A DNA stretch of 64,000 nucleotides from an uncultured Planctomycetaceae bacterium. GTDB taxonomy: Bacteria > Planctomycetota > Planctomycetia > Planctomycetales > Planctomycetaceae. Shown one piece after another: positions 29,901 to 41,226 of this stretch. Position numbers and translations under genes: made by a program. How positions within the stretch are numbered: the stretch's first letter is position 1; every line of letters begins with the position of its first letter. The notes under the pieces were generated by a model. The model was not told the DNA's origin. It made no database searches and was given only the letters and a program-made list of their open reading frames with translations. Where the stretch lies: the NCBI GenBank assembly GCA_963815195.1, contig CAWFGE010000015.1, forward strand, positions 384,001 to 448,000, in the 5' to 3' direction.

Positions 29901-32333
29901 TTAATCCACATACAAAAACTCATTCGAGTTAAACAACACATGGCAGAAGTCGGTGAGTTTTTCGCCGTTTTCTTTGTCGTCGGTGCCGTACACGAAGGTT
30001 TTCGCGGCTTTTAGTTCTTCGGGACTGGGATTGCGGCCCCAGGTGGTTTGGATCGCGGTTTCGATCGTGTCCGCCGGGGTGGAATTTTGCTTCCGCAATC
30101 GCTCGGCGAGTTTTTTGGCCTGGCCCAGAGAGTATGGGCCGTTGATCATCAACAGCGACTGCGTGGGCGTAGTGGTCGTGTTTCGTTCGGGCACGCTCTT
30201 GAGGCCGTTCGCCATGTCGAAGGCGCTCAAAAACGGATCGGGCGTGTTGCGGAGGGCTTTGACATACAGGCCGCGGCGGGGGACCTTGGCGTCGACGCTG
30301 GGGCCGCCGACTTTGGGTTGAAGCTCGCCGCTGGCCAGGAGCATCGCATCGCGGATTTGCTCGGCGTCCAACCGGCGGATCCGCGAGCGCCAGAGCAGCG
30401 TCTCGCCCGGGTCTTTCTGTTGATATTTCGCCGCTGCGGGATGATGCGCCGACTGCCGCCAGGTGGCGGAGGTGAGAATCAGCCTGTGCAGCGCCTTCAT
30501 GCTCCAGCCATTTTCCACATAGGTCTTGGTCAGCCAATCCAAAAGCTGGGGATGCGTGGGCGGTTGGCCGAGGTGTCCGAAATCGCTCGCGGACGGGGCG
30601 ATGCCCTGGCCGAAGTGGTACTGCCAGACACGGTTGACGATGACCCGCGTGGTGAGCGGGTTGTCGGGGCTGCCGATCCATTCCGCGAGCGCGGTCCGCC
30701 GGCCGGTGGTGTGCGAATCGACCGAAAGCTCCGGCCGATCGCCACCGAGCACGGTCAGAAAGCCCGGCTGGACGGTTTCGGGATCCGAGCCGACGGGAAT
30801 GACCGTGGGGGAAATCTCGCCTGCGAAATCGGTGACGGTCATCACCTCGCCGAGCGGTTTGGGTTTGATATCGTCAAACGCCGCGAGTTCTTTTTGGAGG
30901 GCCTCGTATTTGGCCTTGTCGTCTTTCTTCATGCTCTTTAAGGGCCCGCCGCCTTCTTCTTCGAACTGGCGGGACACGAGATAGGCCATCTGATGCTCCC
31001 ACGAGTTCCGCTCGGCCACCGGCTTATAGAACGCGGCCTGGATGTCCAAGGGAAACTTGTCGGCGGTCGATTTCCATTTCTTGTCGTAATAAGGTTTTAA
31101 GAGGGCGTCGATCTTGGCGCGAATCTCCGCCGTTTGTTCTTCCCAGGCGGCTTTTTGTTTTTCGTATTCCTGTTTTTGGTCGTTCGTCGCGTAGGGAATG
31201 TCGTCCCGCCAGATCAAAGGCTCGAAGAACGCCCGCAGCTTGAAATAGTCCTTTTGCAGGAGCGGATCGAATTTGTGATCGTGGCAGCGGGCGCAGGCCA
31301 TGCCCATCCCCAAAAACACGTCGCCCGTGACATCGGTGATCTCGTTCATGATGTCGTCCCAATGCGAGCGGGCGTCGCGCTGGTTGTATTCGTAAATCCC
31401 CAGCCGCAAATAGCCGACGGCCGCGAGAGGCTCGGGATCGCCAGAGGGCATCTCGTCGCCCGCGAGCTGCTCGCGCACAAATTCGGGATAAGGCTTGTCG
31501 CTGTTGAAGGAATCGATGACGTAATCGCGATACCGCCACAGTTGCGGGCGGAAGGCGTCCTGGTTCCAACCGTCGGACTCGGCGAAGCGGACGACATCCA
31601 GCCAATGCCTGGCCCAATGCTCGCCGTACCGCGGATCGTCCAACAGCCGATCGATCAGATTCTCCCAAGCCTTCGGCGAGTCATCGCGGATAAAGGCGTC
31701 GACTTCCTCGGGCGTCGGCGGCAGGCCGATGAGATCGAAATACAGCCGGCGGACCAGCGTCAATCGATCGGCTTCGGGCGCCGGATGCATGCCCTTTTCG
31801 GCGAGGCGGTGATAGACGAAGCGGTCGATCGCATTCGCGGACCAGTGGTCGCCTTCGTCTTTCGGGACAGCGGGTTTTTCCACCGGCTGGAAGGCCCACC
31901 ATGTTTTATCGCTTTCGGTGATCTTCACCGAGCCTTCCCGCAGTGGGCCGAGGTTCTCCGGCCAGACGGCGTTCTCGCGAATCCAGCGCTCGAAGCGGGC
32001 AATGTCCGACTTCGCCAACTGCCCGGTGGGGGGCATTTCGAAGCTTTCGTATTTGATCGCTTCGATCAACAGGCTCTCTTCGGGTTTGCCGGGGACAATC
32101 GCAGGGCCGCTTTCGCCGCCTTTGAGAATCGAAGCCCGCGAATCGAGCCGCAGGTGCCCTTCCTGTTTTTTCTCGCCGTGGCATTTGAGGCATTTCGCGA
32201 CCAGGAGCGGCCGGACGTTCTGCTCAAAATAAAGGCCCGCCTTGCCCGGCGGTTCGGCAGCCAAAACCGGGGCGGCGATTAAGAGGATGGTAATAAACAG
32301 CAAGGCAACAAAACGAGACATGGTTTCCATCAT
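29901..32333 (-). CDS. Planctomycete cytochrome c + DUF1549/DUF1553 (PSD1) protein
   Basis: CLKCH haem motif, YGEHWARHWLDVVRFAES, CARCHDHKFDP, PTHPQLLDWL, NEFLYVD. Confidence 0.92.
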   Translation of the reverse strand: MMETMSRFVALLFITILLIAAPVLAAEPPGKAGLYFEQNVRPLLVAKCLKCHGEKKQEGHLRLDSRASILKGGESGPAIVPGKPEESLLIEAIKYESFEMPPTGQLAKSDIARFERWIRENAVWPENLGPLREGSVKITESDKTWWAFQPVEKPAVPKDEGDHWSANAIDRFVYHRLAEKGMHPAPEADRLTLVRRLYFDLIGLPPTPEEVDAFIRDDSPKAWENLIDRLLDDPRYGEHWARHWLDVVRFAESDGWNQDAFRPQLWRYRDYVIDSFNSDKPYPEFVREQLAGDEMPSGDPEPLAAVGYLRLGIYEYNQRDARSHWDDIMNEITDVTGDVFLGMGMACARCHDHKFDPLLQKDYFKLRAFFEPLIWRDDIPYATNDQKQEYEKQKAAWEEQTAEIRAKIDALLKPYYDKKWKSTADKFPLDIQAAFYKPVAERNSWEHQMAYLVSRQFEEEGGGPLKSMKKDDKAKYEALQKELAAFDDIKPKPLGEVMTVTDFAGEISPTVIPVGSDPETVQPGFLTVLGGDRPELSVDSHTTGRRTALAEWIGSPDNPLTTRVIVNRVWQYHFGQGIAPSASDFGHLGQPPTHPQLLDWLTKTYVENGWSMKALHRLILTSATWRQSAHHPAAAKYQQKDPGETLLWRSRIRRLDAEQIRDAMLLASGELQPKVGGPSVDAKVPRRGLYVKALRNTPDPFLSAFDMANGLKSVPERNTTTTPTQSLLMINGPYSLGQAKKLAERLRKQNSTPADTIETAIQTTWGRNPSPEELKAAKTFVYGTDDKENGEKLTDFCHVLFNSNEFLYVD

Positions 32334-32405
32334 GATCGCAAGGCGGGAAATGGTAATGGATTGGAAGCAGAATCCGGCGGGCGTCTCTCACCAAGTATGG
32401 CGAGA

Positions 32406-35402
32406 TTATTTCCGTTCGTAAACCGGCCGGCCTTCCAACAGGGCGGGCGAACCGTCGGCTTGGGAGAGTTTTGTGGCACCGGTTTTTAGTTCGCCGATTT
32501 TCGTGTAGGTCACCGGGCCGGTTGCGGTCGTCCGCGTCAGCACGTAAAGGTCCGAGGTCCGGCTCGTGCCGGGCGTGGTCTCGTAGGTGATGGTCCACTG
32601 GTTTTTGCGGTCGCGGTGCAGCCAACCCACCCAGGCATATTCCGGCCCCAGGTCGATGCTGTTGAGGCTCTCCAGATACGCAGGCAACCCCTTGAGGGCC
32701 CCCTTCGTCGCTTGCAATTTGAGGAGAGCATCGGCGGCCTTTTGGCGTTCTTTGGGGGCGTCGGGGTTTGCGGGGTTGATCCAATTGGCGTTCGTGTCGA
32801 TCTGGTCCCCGAATTTCGCCAGGGTCTCGGTATCCAGTTGAAGTTGCTGTTTGAGATACACGCTTCCCAGGGTGCCAAACTCCTGCATTGCTTTGACCAA
32901 CTGGAATCTGACAAACGGATCCATCTTCTTGTCGTCTTCAAGCGTTTTCAGGATCTCCAAAAAATCCTGTTCCCAGGTTTTGGGGTCGGTGGCGAGTTTG
33001 TTGATCTTTTCCTTGGCGAACTTGCTGAACTTCATTTGCGGGCTTTCGAAATCATAACTCGCCCCGAGCGGCGAGTTCTTGACGTCCTCTTTTTTGACCT
33101 TGAGGTATTCTTCATCATCGAGGGCAATGTCCAACGCATAGCGAATCGTGATGTGCGTGTCCCCTAACGCCGTGGGAATTTTGGTCGAGTAATACTTCTT
33201 CCCGTCCTTGGTCTCGAGGAAATACAGGCTGCGGACAATGGGACGGTTGAGCACATCCTCCACGGCGGACTGAATCTTCCCCTGGTCGCGCAGCGCGAGG
33301 ACCTTGAGATACTCCACGATGGATTCAAGCGCGCGCTGTTCGGGAAAGCCGGGATATTTTTCGAGCACCGCGTTCGCCCGCGCGAGAAGATTGGGAACAC
33401 TCTTGGGATCGAGCGCCGCCAGGTTCGTTCCATTGAGCCGCTGCTTTAGCAAACGCCACTCTTCGAAGCCCGCCCACAGGTCGCTCTCGTTCTTGAGAAC
33501 CTGCTGAAACTCGCGGTGCCTGGGCGTTCCGGCGAATCGATCGTCCTGGACGTAATCGTCCAACTTTTCGCGATAGGCGTTGTGATCGCCGATGGCGCGG
33601 CCGATGCTGAGCAAATAGATCTCCTCGGCCTGGTTCAGTTGATGCTGCTGCTTAAGTTGGGCGATCTCGGCGAGCATCGGCCCCACCAATTGAGCCCCCA
33701 GTCCGGGGCTGAGCCATTTTCTGTCTTGGAGGACGTCGGCCTCCGTCTTGAGCCGCGGCAGTTCGTTGCCGTAGTTTGCCGCATCGGGGTCGAGCGATTG
33801 AATCTTCTGAGAAAAGTTCGCGACATCCGTCCGGAACCTCGTGTCCACCAGCTTTTGCACTTGCGTTTCTTTCGTCTGCGTTTCCCCGCGGAGCGCTAAC
33901 ACCTTGGCGCGCTCCATCTCGGTCTTGGAAATCTCGAACGCATCTTTTAGCGCATTCAATCCCTGAGGCACGGTTCCGAGCGAGGCAGGGTTCTCCGCCG
34001 AGAGTTCCTTGAGAACGTTCTCCGCCCGCGAGATATGCCGCTCGTATTTGGAACGGCGGTCCTTGTCGTCTTGCACTGCGTTTTCCATTTCGCGGATCAA
34101 GGCTTGAATGTCCGGATGGCCGTGGACTCGCGGGTTGTCGGCTTCGAGGTTCGCCACGTATTCCTGGGCTTTATCCAACTGTTTGTCGGCCAGAAGCCCT
34201 TTGAGATTTTCCGCGTGCGCCGAAACCTCCGCGCTCCGCGCATAAGTCCAAATCCCCGCCCCGACGAGCGCGAGCAGCAACACCGCCCCCGAAGCAATGG
34301 CGAGCATTTTGTTCCGCCGCCGGCGGGCGGTTTCCTGGTCGAGTTCTTCCACGCGAACCGTCAACCGCTCTCTAAGATTGTCCGGCACGCCGCGCCCGAA
34401 TTGCTCGATCTTATAGTACAAGGGTTCGAAGTCGGCTTTCGTGGCGTCTTGGCGGTCGAGGGCCCGCTCCAATTCTTTGACCGCCGCGAGATAAGCCGCC
34501 TGCTCGCGGTCCTGGCGGTCTTTCTCGGCGAGCCATTTGAGCGGTTCCTGAACCTTGGCCATGAGCGGATCTTGTTCCGAAAGCCTCGCGACCGCGACGT
34601 GCCGGCCCCATTCCTCGCGGAGCTTTCGGGCGGTCTCCACGTCCGACAGGGAATAGGCCTCGTTCAATAAGGGCTCGAGCTTGACCAGTTCGCTGCGGGC
34701 GTGTTTGCCTTGAATCTCCTGCGTTTTGGCGCTGGCGAAGCCAACGAGCTTGCCCGACGGTTTGACCCGCCATTCGCTGCTTTTGAGTTCCGACTCGATC
34801 GCCGCGAGACGTTTGAGATCCTCGCCGGCCGCGGCGGCTTTGCATTCCTCCAACACGTCGGCGAGGCGGGTCTTTTCGAATTCCTGGATCTCATCGTCCC
34901 ACAGAGGATTGTCCCGGTCGAGCCGGGCCAGTTGCCGCATGATCTCGATGCGAATGGGCAAGGGGCTGCGGGCGAGCGCGTGGAGCCGGTGCCGATACAT
35001 CAGGTCCGCGAGCGGCTCGGCGTCGGCCCAGGCGGTTTCGAGATCGTCCGCCACGTCCACCAAGAGCTCGGGAGCCCGCGCAAAGCCGCACTGCTGGACG
35101 TAATCGTTCCACAGTTCTTGCTCGTCGAAATCCAGCGTGTGCACGAGGTCCAAAAGCGTCGGCTCGACTTGGGCTTCCTGGATCGCCTCCGCCCGGAGGC
35201 CTTTTTGCAGCAGCTCGTCGCATTTTCGCAGCCGATCGTTCACCAGCCGCACGGCCTGGTCGTACTTCTGGTGCGTGCCACTGACGACGGAGGCCTCGAC
35301 TTCCGTGTCCAAACACAACAGCCCGTTGATGGCATCCACAAGCCGCTGAAAGTCCGCCGTGGTCTTCAGTTCGTTGAGTTCCATTTGTAAGTTCGGCATC
35401 AC
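32406..35402 (-). CDS. Large helical single-pass membrane protein, last gene of the GTPase locus
   Basis: About 360-aa helical N-terminal region, RRRRNK then TM, then a long helical region. GTG start overlaps the upstream TGA. Confidence 0.8.
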   Translation of the reverse strand: MMPNLQMELNELKTTADFQRLVDAINGLLCLDTEVEASVVSGTHQKYDQAVRLVNDRLRKCDELLQKGLRAEAIQEAQVEPTLLDLVHTLDFDEQELWNDYVQQCGFARAPELLVDVADDLETAWADAEPLADLMYRHRLHALARSPLPIRIEIMRQLARLDRDNPLWDDEIQEFEKTRLADVLEECKAAAAGEDLKRLAAIESELKSSEWRVKPSGKLVGFASAKTQEIQGKHARSELVKLEPLLNEAYSLSDVETARKLREEWGRHVAVARLSEQDPLMAKVQEPLKWLAEKDRQDREQAAYLAAVKELERALDRQDATKADFEPLYYKIEQFGRGVPDNLRERLTVRVEELDQETARRRRNKMLAIASGAVLLLALVGAGIWTYARSAEVSAHAENLKGLLADKQLDKAQEYVANLEADNPRVHGHPDIQALIREMENAVQDDKDRRSKYERHISRAENVLKELSAENPASLGTVPQGLNALKDAFEISKTEMERAKVLALRGETQTKETQVQKLVDTRFRTDVANFSQKIQSLDPDAANYGNELPRLKTEADVLQDRKWLSPGLGAQLVGPMLAEIAQLKQQHQLNQAEEIYLLSIGRAIGDHNAYREKLDDYVQDDRFAGTPRHREFQQVLKNESDLWAGFEEWRLLKQRLNGTNLAALDPKSVPNLLARANAVLEKYPGFPEQRALESIVEYLKVLALRDQGKIQSAVEDVLNRPIVRSLYFLETKDGKKYYSTKIPTALGDTHITIRYALDIALDDEEYLKVKKEDVKNSPLGASYDFESPQMKFSKFAKEKINKLATDPKTWEQDFLEILKTLEDDKKMDPFVRFQLVKAMQEFGTLGSVYLKQQLQLDTETLAKFGDQIDTNANWINPANPDAPKERQKAADALLKLQATKGALKGLPAYLESLNSIDLGPEYAWVGWLHRDRKNQWTITYETTPGTSRTSDLYVLTRTTATGPVTYTKIGELKTGATKLSQADGSPALLEGRPVYERK

Positions 35403-36991
35403 TGGGATTCCTTAAGGCTCCGCGCGAGGTACATCTTTTGGCCTTGGATTTCGGTGTAGACCGCATAACGGATCCGGGCCGACTTTTGCAGGTCCGCGAT
35501 ATGCGTTTGCATCTCGCCGCACCAGGCGATGTTTTGTTCGGCAAGTTTCATGTGAGACTGAAAACCATCGACAATGGCCTTTGCCTGGACGATCTGGCGC
35601 TCCACGAGCATCATGCTCTGCTCGAGTTGCTTTTGGACCGTATATGAAGGATTCTTATTGAGTTCGGCTTGCAATAATGCCAATCGGTTCTGCTGGTTGG
35701 AGACCACTTTGTTGGCCTCCGTATAGATCCGCGACTTTTCCATTTTTTCTTTGATCGCCGCGGCATCCTTCAGAAGCTTTTTCAGCACCACGGAATTCAC
35801 CGGTCTTCGGGACGCGTTAATCTGCGGTAATGAGCCTTTATTGATCTGCGCCGGTTTCAGCTCGTCCACGAACTTCCCTTCGGCAGAGGTATTGAGCACC
35901 AAAGCGGGACCGAATTTCTCATCAAACTGATAGGAAATCTCCAGCTCCACCTTCGTCTCCGAGTCGGGAAACATGATCGGGAAAATCGCGGTGTCCCCGA
36001 TCTTCATGCCTAGCTTCGTGGGAACCTGCTCCCCAATGCCTTGGAGTTCCACATCCAGGAGCAGGCCGCTCGGGTCGTGCACGGCTTGGGATTTCACGGC
36101 AAGGAAAATCCGCGTCGCCTTTCCCGAGTCGCCGTGCTCCTCATCGGCCAGTCGGGCATCGGGAGCATTGTTGGGAACGCATAACCGGCAAAACTCCGAT
36201 TTTCCGCCCTTGGCGATTTCGAGCAAACCGAACTGCAGGCTGAGGGGCTTCGTCCACGCCGGGGCTTCCATGTTCCACGCGAAGCTCAGGCTTCCGGCGG
36301 CCAGTTCAAACATCCCCACTTCCTCAAGCCGCTCTTGCTTTGTGAACGGGTCGACGATTTTCCTTTGCGCCGTCCAGCGGCGAAGTTTCCCATGATCCGA
36401 TTGTTGATCCTCCCGATCGATCACAAAACCGCGAGACGAGCCGGCTGTGTGGATTCTCAAATCGATTGTTGAGGGGTCAACCACAGGGATCTTGGCAATT
36501 TCGACCGGTCTGTTCTCGACGAGGCCGATCGTCTGCGCGCGCTCGGGCAGCGGCAAATAATGATTCTTCGCCAGGATGTCTTCGTTCCACCGGTCCAACG
36601 GTTCGGGTTTTGACGGGAGCGGTTCCGCCGTCGGCGTCAAGTTCTGGCGCGGGTCTTGGGGTTCCCGCCGGACAACCGGCACGGGATTCTCGGCTTCTTG
36701 TTTGGCTTGGAGTTCTTCGCGGGCTTTTTCCCTTTCGGATCGAAAATCCACATCAGCGACCGCGCGGCGATTTCGGGGGCGGGGTTCATCGGATTCGGAG
36801 GCGGCGACGGGCCGGCTGTTTTTGGCGAGCGTCAACATCGCATAAAACAGCACGCCCAGAAGAACGATCGCGGCTCCCGCGCCGATGCCGATCCATGCTC
36901 CGAGCGGCAATCCGCGGCGACTTCGCGCGGCCGGCGGAGGCGGCGGCGTCTTTTCTGCTCTGCGCGGCCTTGAACCTTGAGCACCCATCAT
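35399..36991 (-). CDS. Membrane-anchored coiled-coil protein, paralog of the C-terminal half of the GAP1-N2 protein
   Basis: N-terminal TM. Shares VADVDF, WNEDILAK.H.LPLPER.QTIGL, KPLSLQ..LLEI and GQK.YLARS with the upstream gene. ATGA overlap. Confidence 0.8.
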   Translation of the reverse strand: MMGAQGSRPRRAEKTPPPPPAARSRRGLPLGAWIGIGAGAAIVLLGVLFYAMLTLAKNSRPVAASESDEPRPRNRRAVADVDFRSEREKAREELQAKQEAENPVPVVRREPQDPRQNLTPTAEPLPSKPEPLDRWNEDILAKNHYLPLPERAQTIGLVENRPVEIAKIPVVDPSTIDLRIHTAGSSRGFVIDREDQQSDHGKLRRWTAQRKIVDPFTKQERLEEVGMFELAAGSLSFAWNMEAPAWTKPLSLQFGLLEIAKGGKSEFCRLCVPNNAPDARLADEEHGDSGKATRIFLAVKSQAVHDPSGLLLDVELQGIGEQVPTKLGMKIGDTAIFPIMFPDSETKVELEISYQFDEKFGPALVLNTSAEGKFVDELKPAQINKGSLPQINASRRPVNSVVLKKLLKDAAAIKEKMEKSRIYTEANKVVSNQQNRLALLQAELNKNPSYTVQKQLEQSMMLVERQIVQAKAIVDGFQSHMKLAEQNIAWCGEMQTHIADLQKSARIRYAVYTEIQGQKMYLARSLKESQ

Positions 36992-39626
36992 GGCCCATCT
37001 CCCCGTTTGTCATCCGGTTTTTTATCGTCCGGTTTTTTGTCGTCCGGCGTCGCGTTTTCGACTTCGGATTTGCTCCGCGCGAGGTAAACTTTTTGGCCTT
37101 TGACTTCGATGTAAATCGAATAGCCAATCCGAACGGACTTCACGAGGGCTTCAAATTCCGGGGCCATCGCATTGCTCCAACCGATGTTGGTTTGCGCCGC
37201 TTTAATGCGTTCGTCATATCCGCCGACGATTTCGTCCAGTCCATTGATGGACCGTTCGAGCGTGTCGATTTGACTCTGGATTCCCCCCTTGTCTTCGGGT
37301 TTTGCATTTTTCAGGTCCTCCCGGAGAGATCCCACATACTTGGCCTTTTTCGACCGTTCCGTCTTGATTTTAACCAGGTATTTTGAGCCACGCAGATTGT
37401 CTACAACCGTCTGCGAGTTCTTCTTGATCCGTTCGAAATCGCTCAAGTTTGTGGCAAACTTCATTCGTTCGAGAGGAATCTTGTGGGCTTCCTTGCGAGC
37501 GAGACTAATCGTTTCCATCTCCTCGTTTTTATTCTTTTTCTTATCCACAAGGACATTGCGAAACGTGTTTGCTGCGACTTCGAGACGGGGGCCTTGCTTG
37601 TCGTATTGAAAGCTCAGGTCCAATTCCACGTCACCGTCACCTGGGGCAACGTTTCGTTTGATTGTAAAGCTCGCCGTTTCTCCGACGCGCATTCCCTTTT
37701 TTTCGAACGGTTTTGAGGCGACCCCGTCCGCTCGGAGATCGAGAATCAAGGTGCTCGGGTCTTCGACGGCGCTCGAGTTGATGACTAAGGCCAGCTCATT
37801 CCCGCGGCTGGCGGGATCGAGGCTTCGACTTTCCGGATGTCTCGGTTCAGACAGTCGGCAGAGTTCCTGTTCTTTCCCTTCGCCCTTTGAGATTTCGAGC
37901 AAACAGTATTGGAGGCTGAGCGGTTTATACTTTTCCGACTTTGACGCTTCCATGTTCCAAACGAACGCAAAACGTTGATCGGCCAATTCAAACCTCCCCA
38001 CCTCGCCGACGTCGAAGTCTGTCCCGAGTTCTTTGGAACCCAGGGGATTCGGGACTTTCTTTTGGACAATCCACCGGCGAAGTTTCACGCCCTCATCGGA
38101 TTCCTCATCGTCGACTTGGAACACAAATCCGCCTGCGTTCGACCCGTTGCTGGCGGAGTGGAGTTTCAGATCGATCGATGACGGATCGCGGACGTTGATT
38201 TTCGCGAGTTCCACGGGTTTGCTTTCGCTGAGGCCGATGGTTTGCTTCCGCTCGGGTAGGGGGAGCGAGTGGTCCTTCGCCAGAATGTCTTCGTTCCAAT
38301 CGCCCAAAGGTTTTTGTTCGGGCTTGGGCTGCTCTGCTTTGGGCGTTTCTTTTTTCGGTTGAGTGATGACCGTTTTGACGCTTGCCGGCTTATTCTCGGC
38401 CTCTTGTTTGGCTTTGAGTTCTCGGAGTTCTTTTTCTCGTTGGGAACTGAAATCCACATCGGCGACCGGGCGCGTGCGGCGGTTTCGGGCGGAGTCGCGG
38501 GGCGATTCGGAGGCGGCGATGGTGGGGGGGAGGTTTTTGGTCATCATCGCATAAACCAGAGCGGCGACGCCCACGAACAGGACCAAGGCCGAGCCGCCCA
38601 AGATCCAGGGCAGCTTGGAGGAGGCGGCTTGTTTGGCGGGTTTGCCGAAGGGGCTTGCGGGAGCCGCGGGGCCGCCAAACGGACTGGGGGCCGTCGCCGT
38701 CGCGCCGCCGAACGGATTGGGAGCCGGGGCCGATTGCGGCGGGACGGGGACGGTCTCCGCGGCGGCGGGCAGGACCGTTTGCGCCGAGGCGCGAAGGTCC
38801 CGCCCATCCTGGGGGCCGAGGGCGAGGCAATGTCGGCCGGCCTTCCCGCGCGGGCGGCTTGGACGAAGGGGTTTCCTTCGGGGGCTCGGCGGCGGCTTTG
38901 GCGAAGCTCGACGAGATCGATTTTTCGCGAATGGCTCGCGGCGCGGGCTTGCTGGGCTTCGGGGCTCTTATCCAATACGAATCGCCACAGGCAATCCACG
39001 CCCGCGGGCAGCTTGGTGAAGTAGGTGCTGAAGGATGTCGTCCAGGCTTTCTCGCGGGGGAGGATCGACAGGGCTTCGGCGACGAGCGGCAGGACCTCGT
39101 CGCCGGGAGCGAAAATGATATACATCGGCCGGTTGCTGGCGTCGGCCGCCGACTCCGCCAGGACGCCCGCCCAGCCCGCATCGCCGGTGAGGGCTTCCCA
39201 GTGCCGACTCGGGCCCTGGTAAAACTCCGCCATCGGCAGAACCGGGCCGTGGGGTTCCCAGCGGGTTTGGCCGTCCCAGCGGGTCTGGCAGACGCCCGCG
39301 TCCAACAGGGCCGCGGGTCCGGACGCCGGCAGTTCGTCCAAAGTGAGGGCGACATGATGGGCGAGCTTGTTGGTCCGGCCCGAATAATCCATTCCGTAAT
39401 CGCCGACCCGCGACAGGATCTGATACCGCTTCCCGCCGAGGGTGTGCATCAAATGCGAATAGTTGACGGGGTGCGGCGGCTGGTCGGCCTGGCGGTATCC
39501 ACTGAGACCTTCCAGAAACTCTTTCAGATTCCGCGGCATGCCCTGCGTGCAGGACACGGTGCAAAACCCCTGGTCCGCGGGGTTCAAGCCTTCGGGAGCG
39601 GAGGTGTAAAGCAATTCCTGGCTCAC
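36988..39626 (-). CDS. GAP1-N2-like protein with Pro-rich linker, TM and extracytoplasmic domain (about 879 aa, frameshift in the G5 run at 38811-38815)
   Basis: MSQELLYTSAPEGL...GFCTV...LSGYR...DYSGRTNKLAHH N-terminus. Adding one base joins ORFs 38544..39626 and 36988..38601. Confidence 0.7.
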
Positions 39627-41226
39627 GGGCCGGTCTCCTTCAGGTAGGTTTCATTGGGGGCGGGATGTTCGGCGGGTTGGCCGTTCCGGGAGTCGTGCGT
39701 CGTTTTCTCCGACTTCCGCGAAACCGTTTCTTGCTCCTGGAGGGGAACCTCGCCGGCGCGGGGGCCGGCTTTGATTTGGGGCTGCGATGTTTTACGGGCG
39801 GCGGCGCCTGGTGACGCTCCTTTCGGGATGAACTTTCCGCGGCCGGCGGCCTCGCGGTCTCGGCGGTCACCGGCGGCACGAGGCCTTCGACCGAGCGGTG
39901 CATTGCGTAAAGCAGCGGCACTTCGGCAAATTGCGGCTCGACGTTCCGCGGACGCACGACGAGTTTCCCGCTCGACGGATCGACTTCCGGCGTCGTCCCC
40001 AGCGCGCTCACCGGAATGTAAGTCACATCCGCGAAGTTGCCCTCGGCGGCGGTGACCACTTCGGGCGAATACTTGTTCAACACGTTCCGCACCTGGGCGG
40101 ACAGCGACAGGAGCTTGCGAACGTCCAAACCGCTCCGGCCGTCGGTGCGGGGCTTGATCAGCCAACTCGGATCGAGGGCCACGTTGTTCGTGAGCGCCAA
40201 CCACGCATCGTATTTGGTCACGACCACCACCAGAGGCTGCGAGCATTTTTCGTGCTGGCTGAGTCCGTTTTGCGTTTTGATGCGGCTGGCGGCCTCGGCG
40301 ATGACGCCCTCCTGCGGGTTGACGCTGCCGTACTCGCTCAGCTGCGGATCGTCGCTTTTGCCTTCGCAGGCCTGGCGGAATTTGTAATGCTGCGTCGGGT
40401 CGAACAAATACAAGAGCGAACTGGAGAGGGCCAGGTGTTTGGTGACAAACTTCCCCGTCGCGTCGCCGCCCGGCATGAAATGCTCGCCCGCGTTGTCGTA
40501 CAGGCACAGCGCCCGCGTGAGCCGTTTGGATTGGGACGCGTCCTCGAACCGCGCACCGTCCGGCAGCAGCGAAAACACGAACGGCTTCGGATAAAACACG
40601 CCGCGACCCTTTTCAAAAACCGCGTTCAGCAATTCCCCGCCGGCGACTTCCGTCTTCCACAGCGAGACCAGCGAATCGGGCTTGGGGTTTTTGAAGAGGA
40701 TTTCCTCGTAGCGGTTTAAGACCTGGTTGGCTCCGGGATCGGAATCGACAAACGTGATGCCGAATTCCCTCGCCAAGGTGGTCCGCATCTTCCAGGTCAT
40801 CGCGGCCAGGAAGTTCGATTTGCCGGACGCGGGAGCCCCGAGGATCGAAATAAACAACGGCGACATCTCCACCAGCGCCCGCGAGACGATCAGATGGCAA
40901 CTGGGGCAGGCCAACTGGCTGCAGACGTCGCCTTTGATGTCGACCGCTTCCCCGCGCACCGTGAACCGCGAGGGCAAAAACCGGGCCTGGGCCTCGGTGC
41001 CCAAACGCTCGTCCCCCTGCAAGTCGGGGTGCGCGCTGACCCACTTGATGTCGCCCGGAGCGAACAGGCTCCAGCAGTGCGGGCACCTCACGCGGGCTTT
41101 GAGCGGGAGTTGGATGCGAGTTTTCTTTCTGCCTTTGGCCACAACGGGTCCCCTCTGTTTTTGGCGTCCGTCTTCTAATACCGGGCAATCATCGATCGTC
41201 AATCCCTCTCTCTTTGCGGAACCCAC
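39623..41226 (-). CDS. Zn-finger + TRAFAC-like GTPase (double-GTPase/GAP1 system type)
   Basis: CPHC and CPSC, G1 GAPASGKS, G3 DNAG, G4 TKYD, G5 SAL. The low-complexity tail is probably frameshifted: the alternative frame ends at 39623 with a GTGA overlap. Confidence 0.8.

Noticed and set aside
38780..38830. Programmed ribosomal frameshift or phase variation in the GAP1-N2 gene
   Set aside because: Only a G5 run is present, with no slippery heptamer, and similar indels occur throughout the window.
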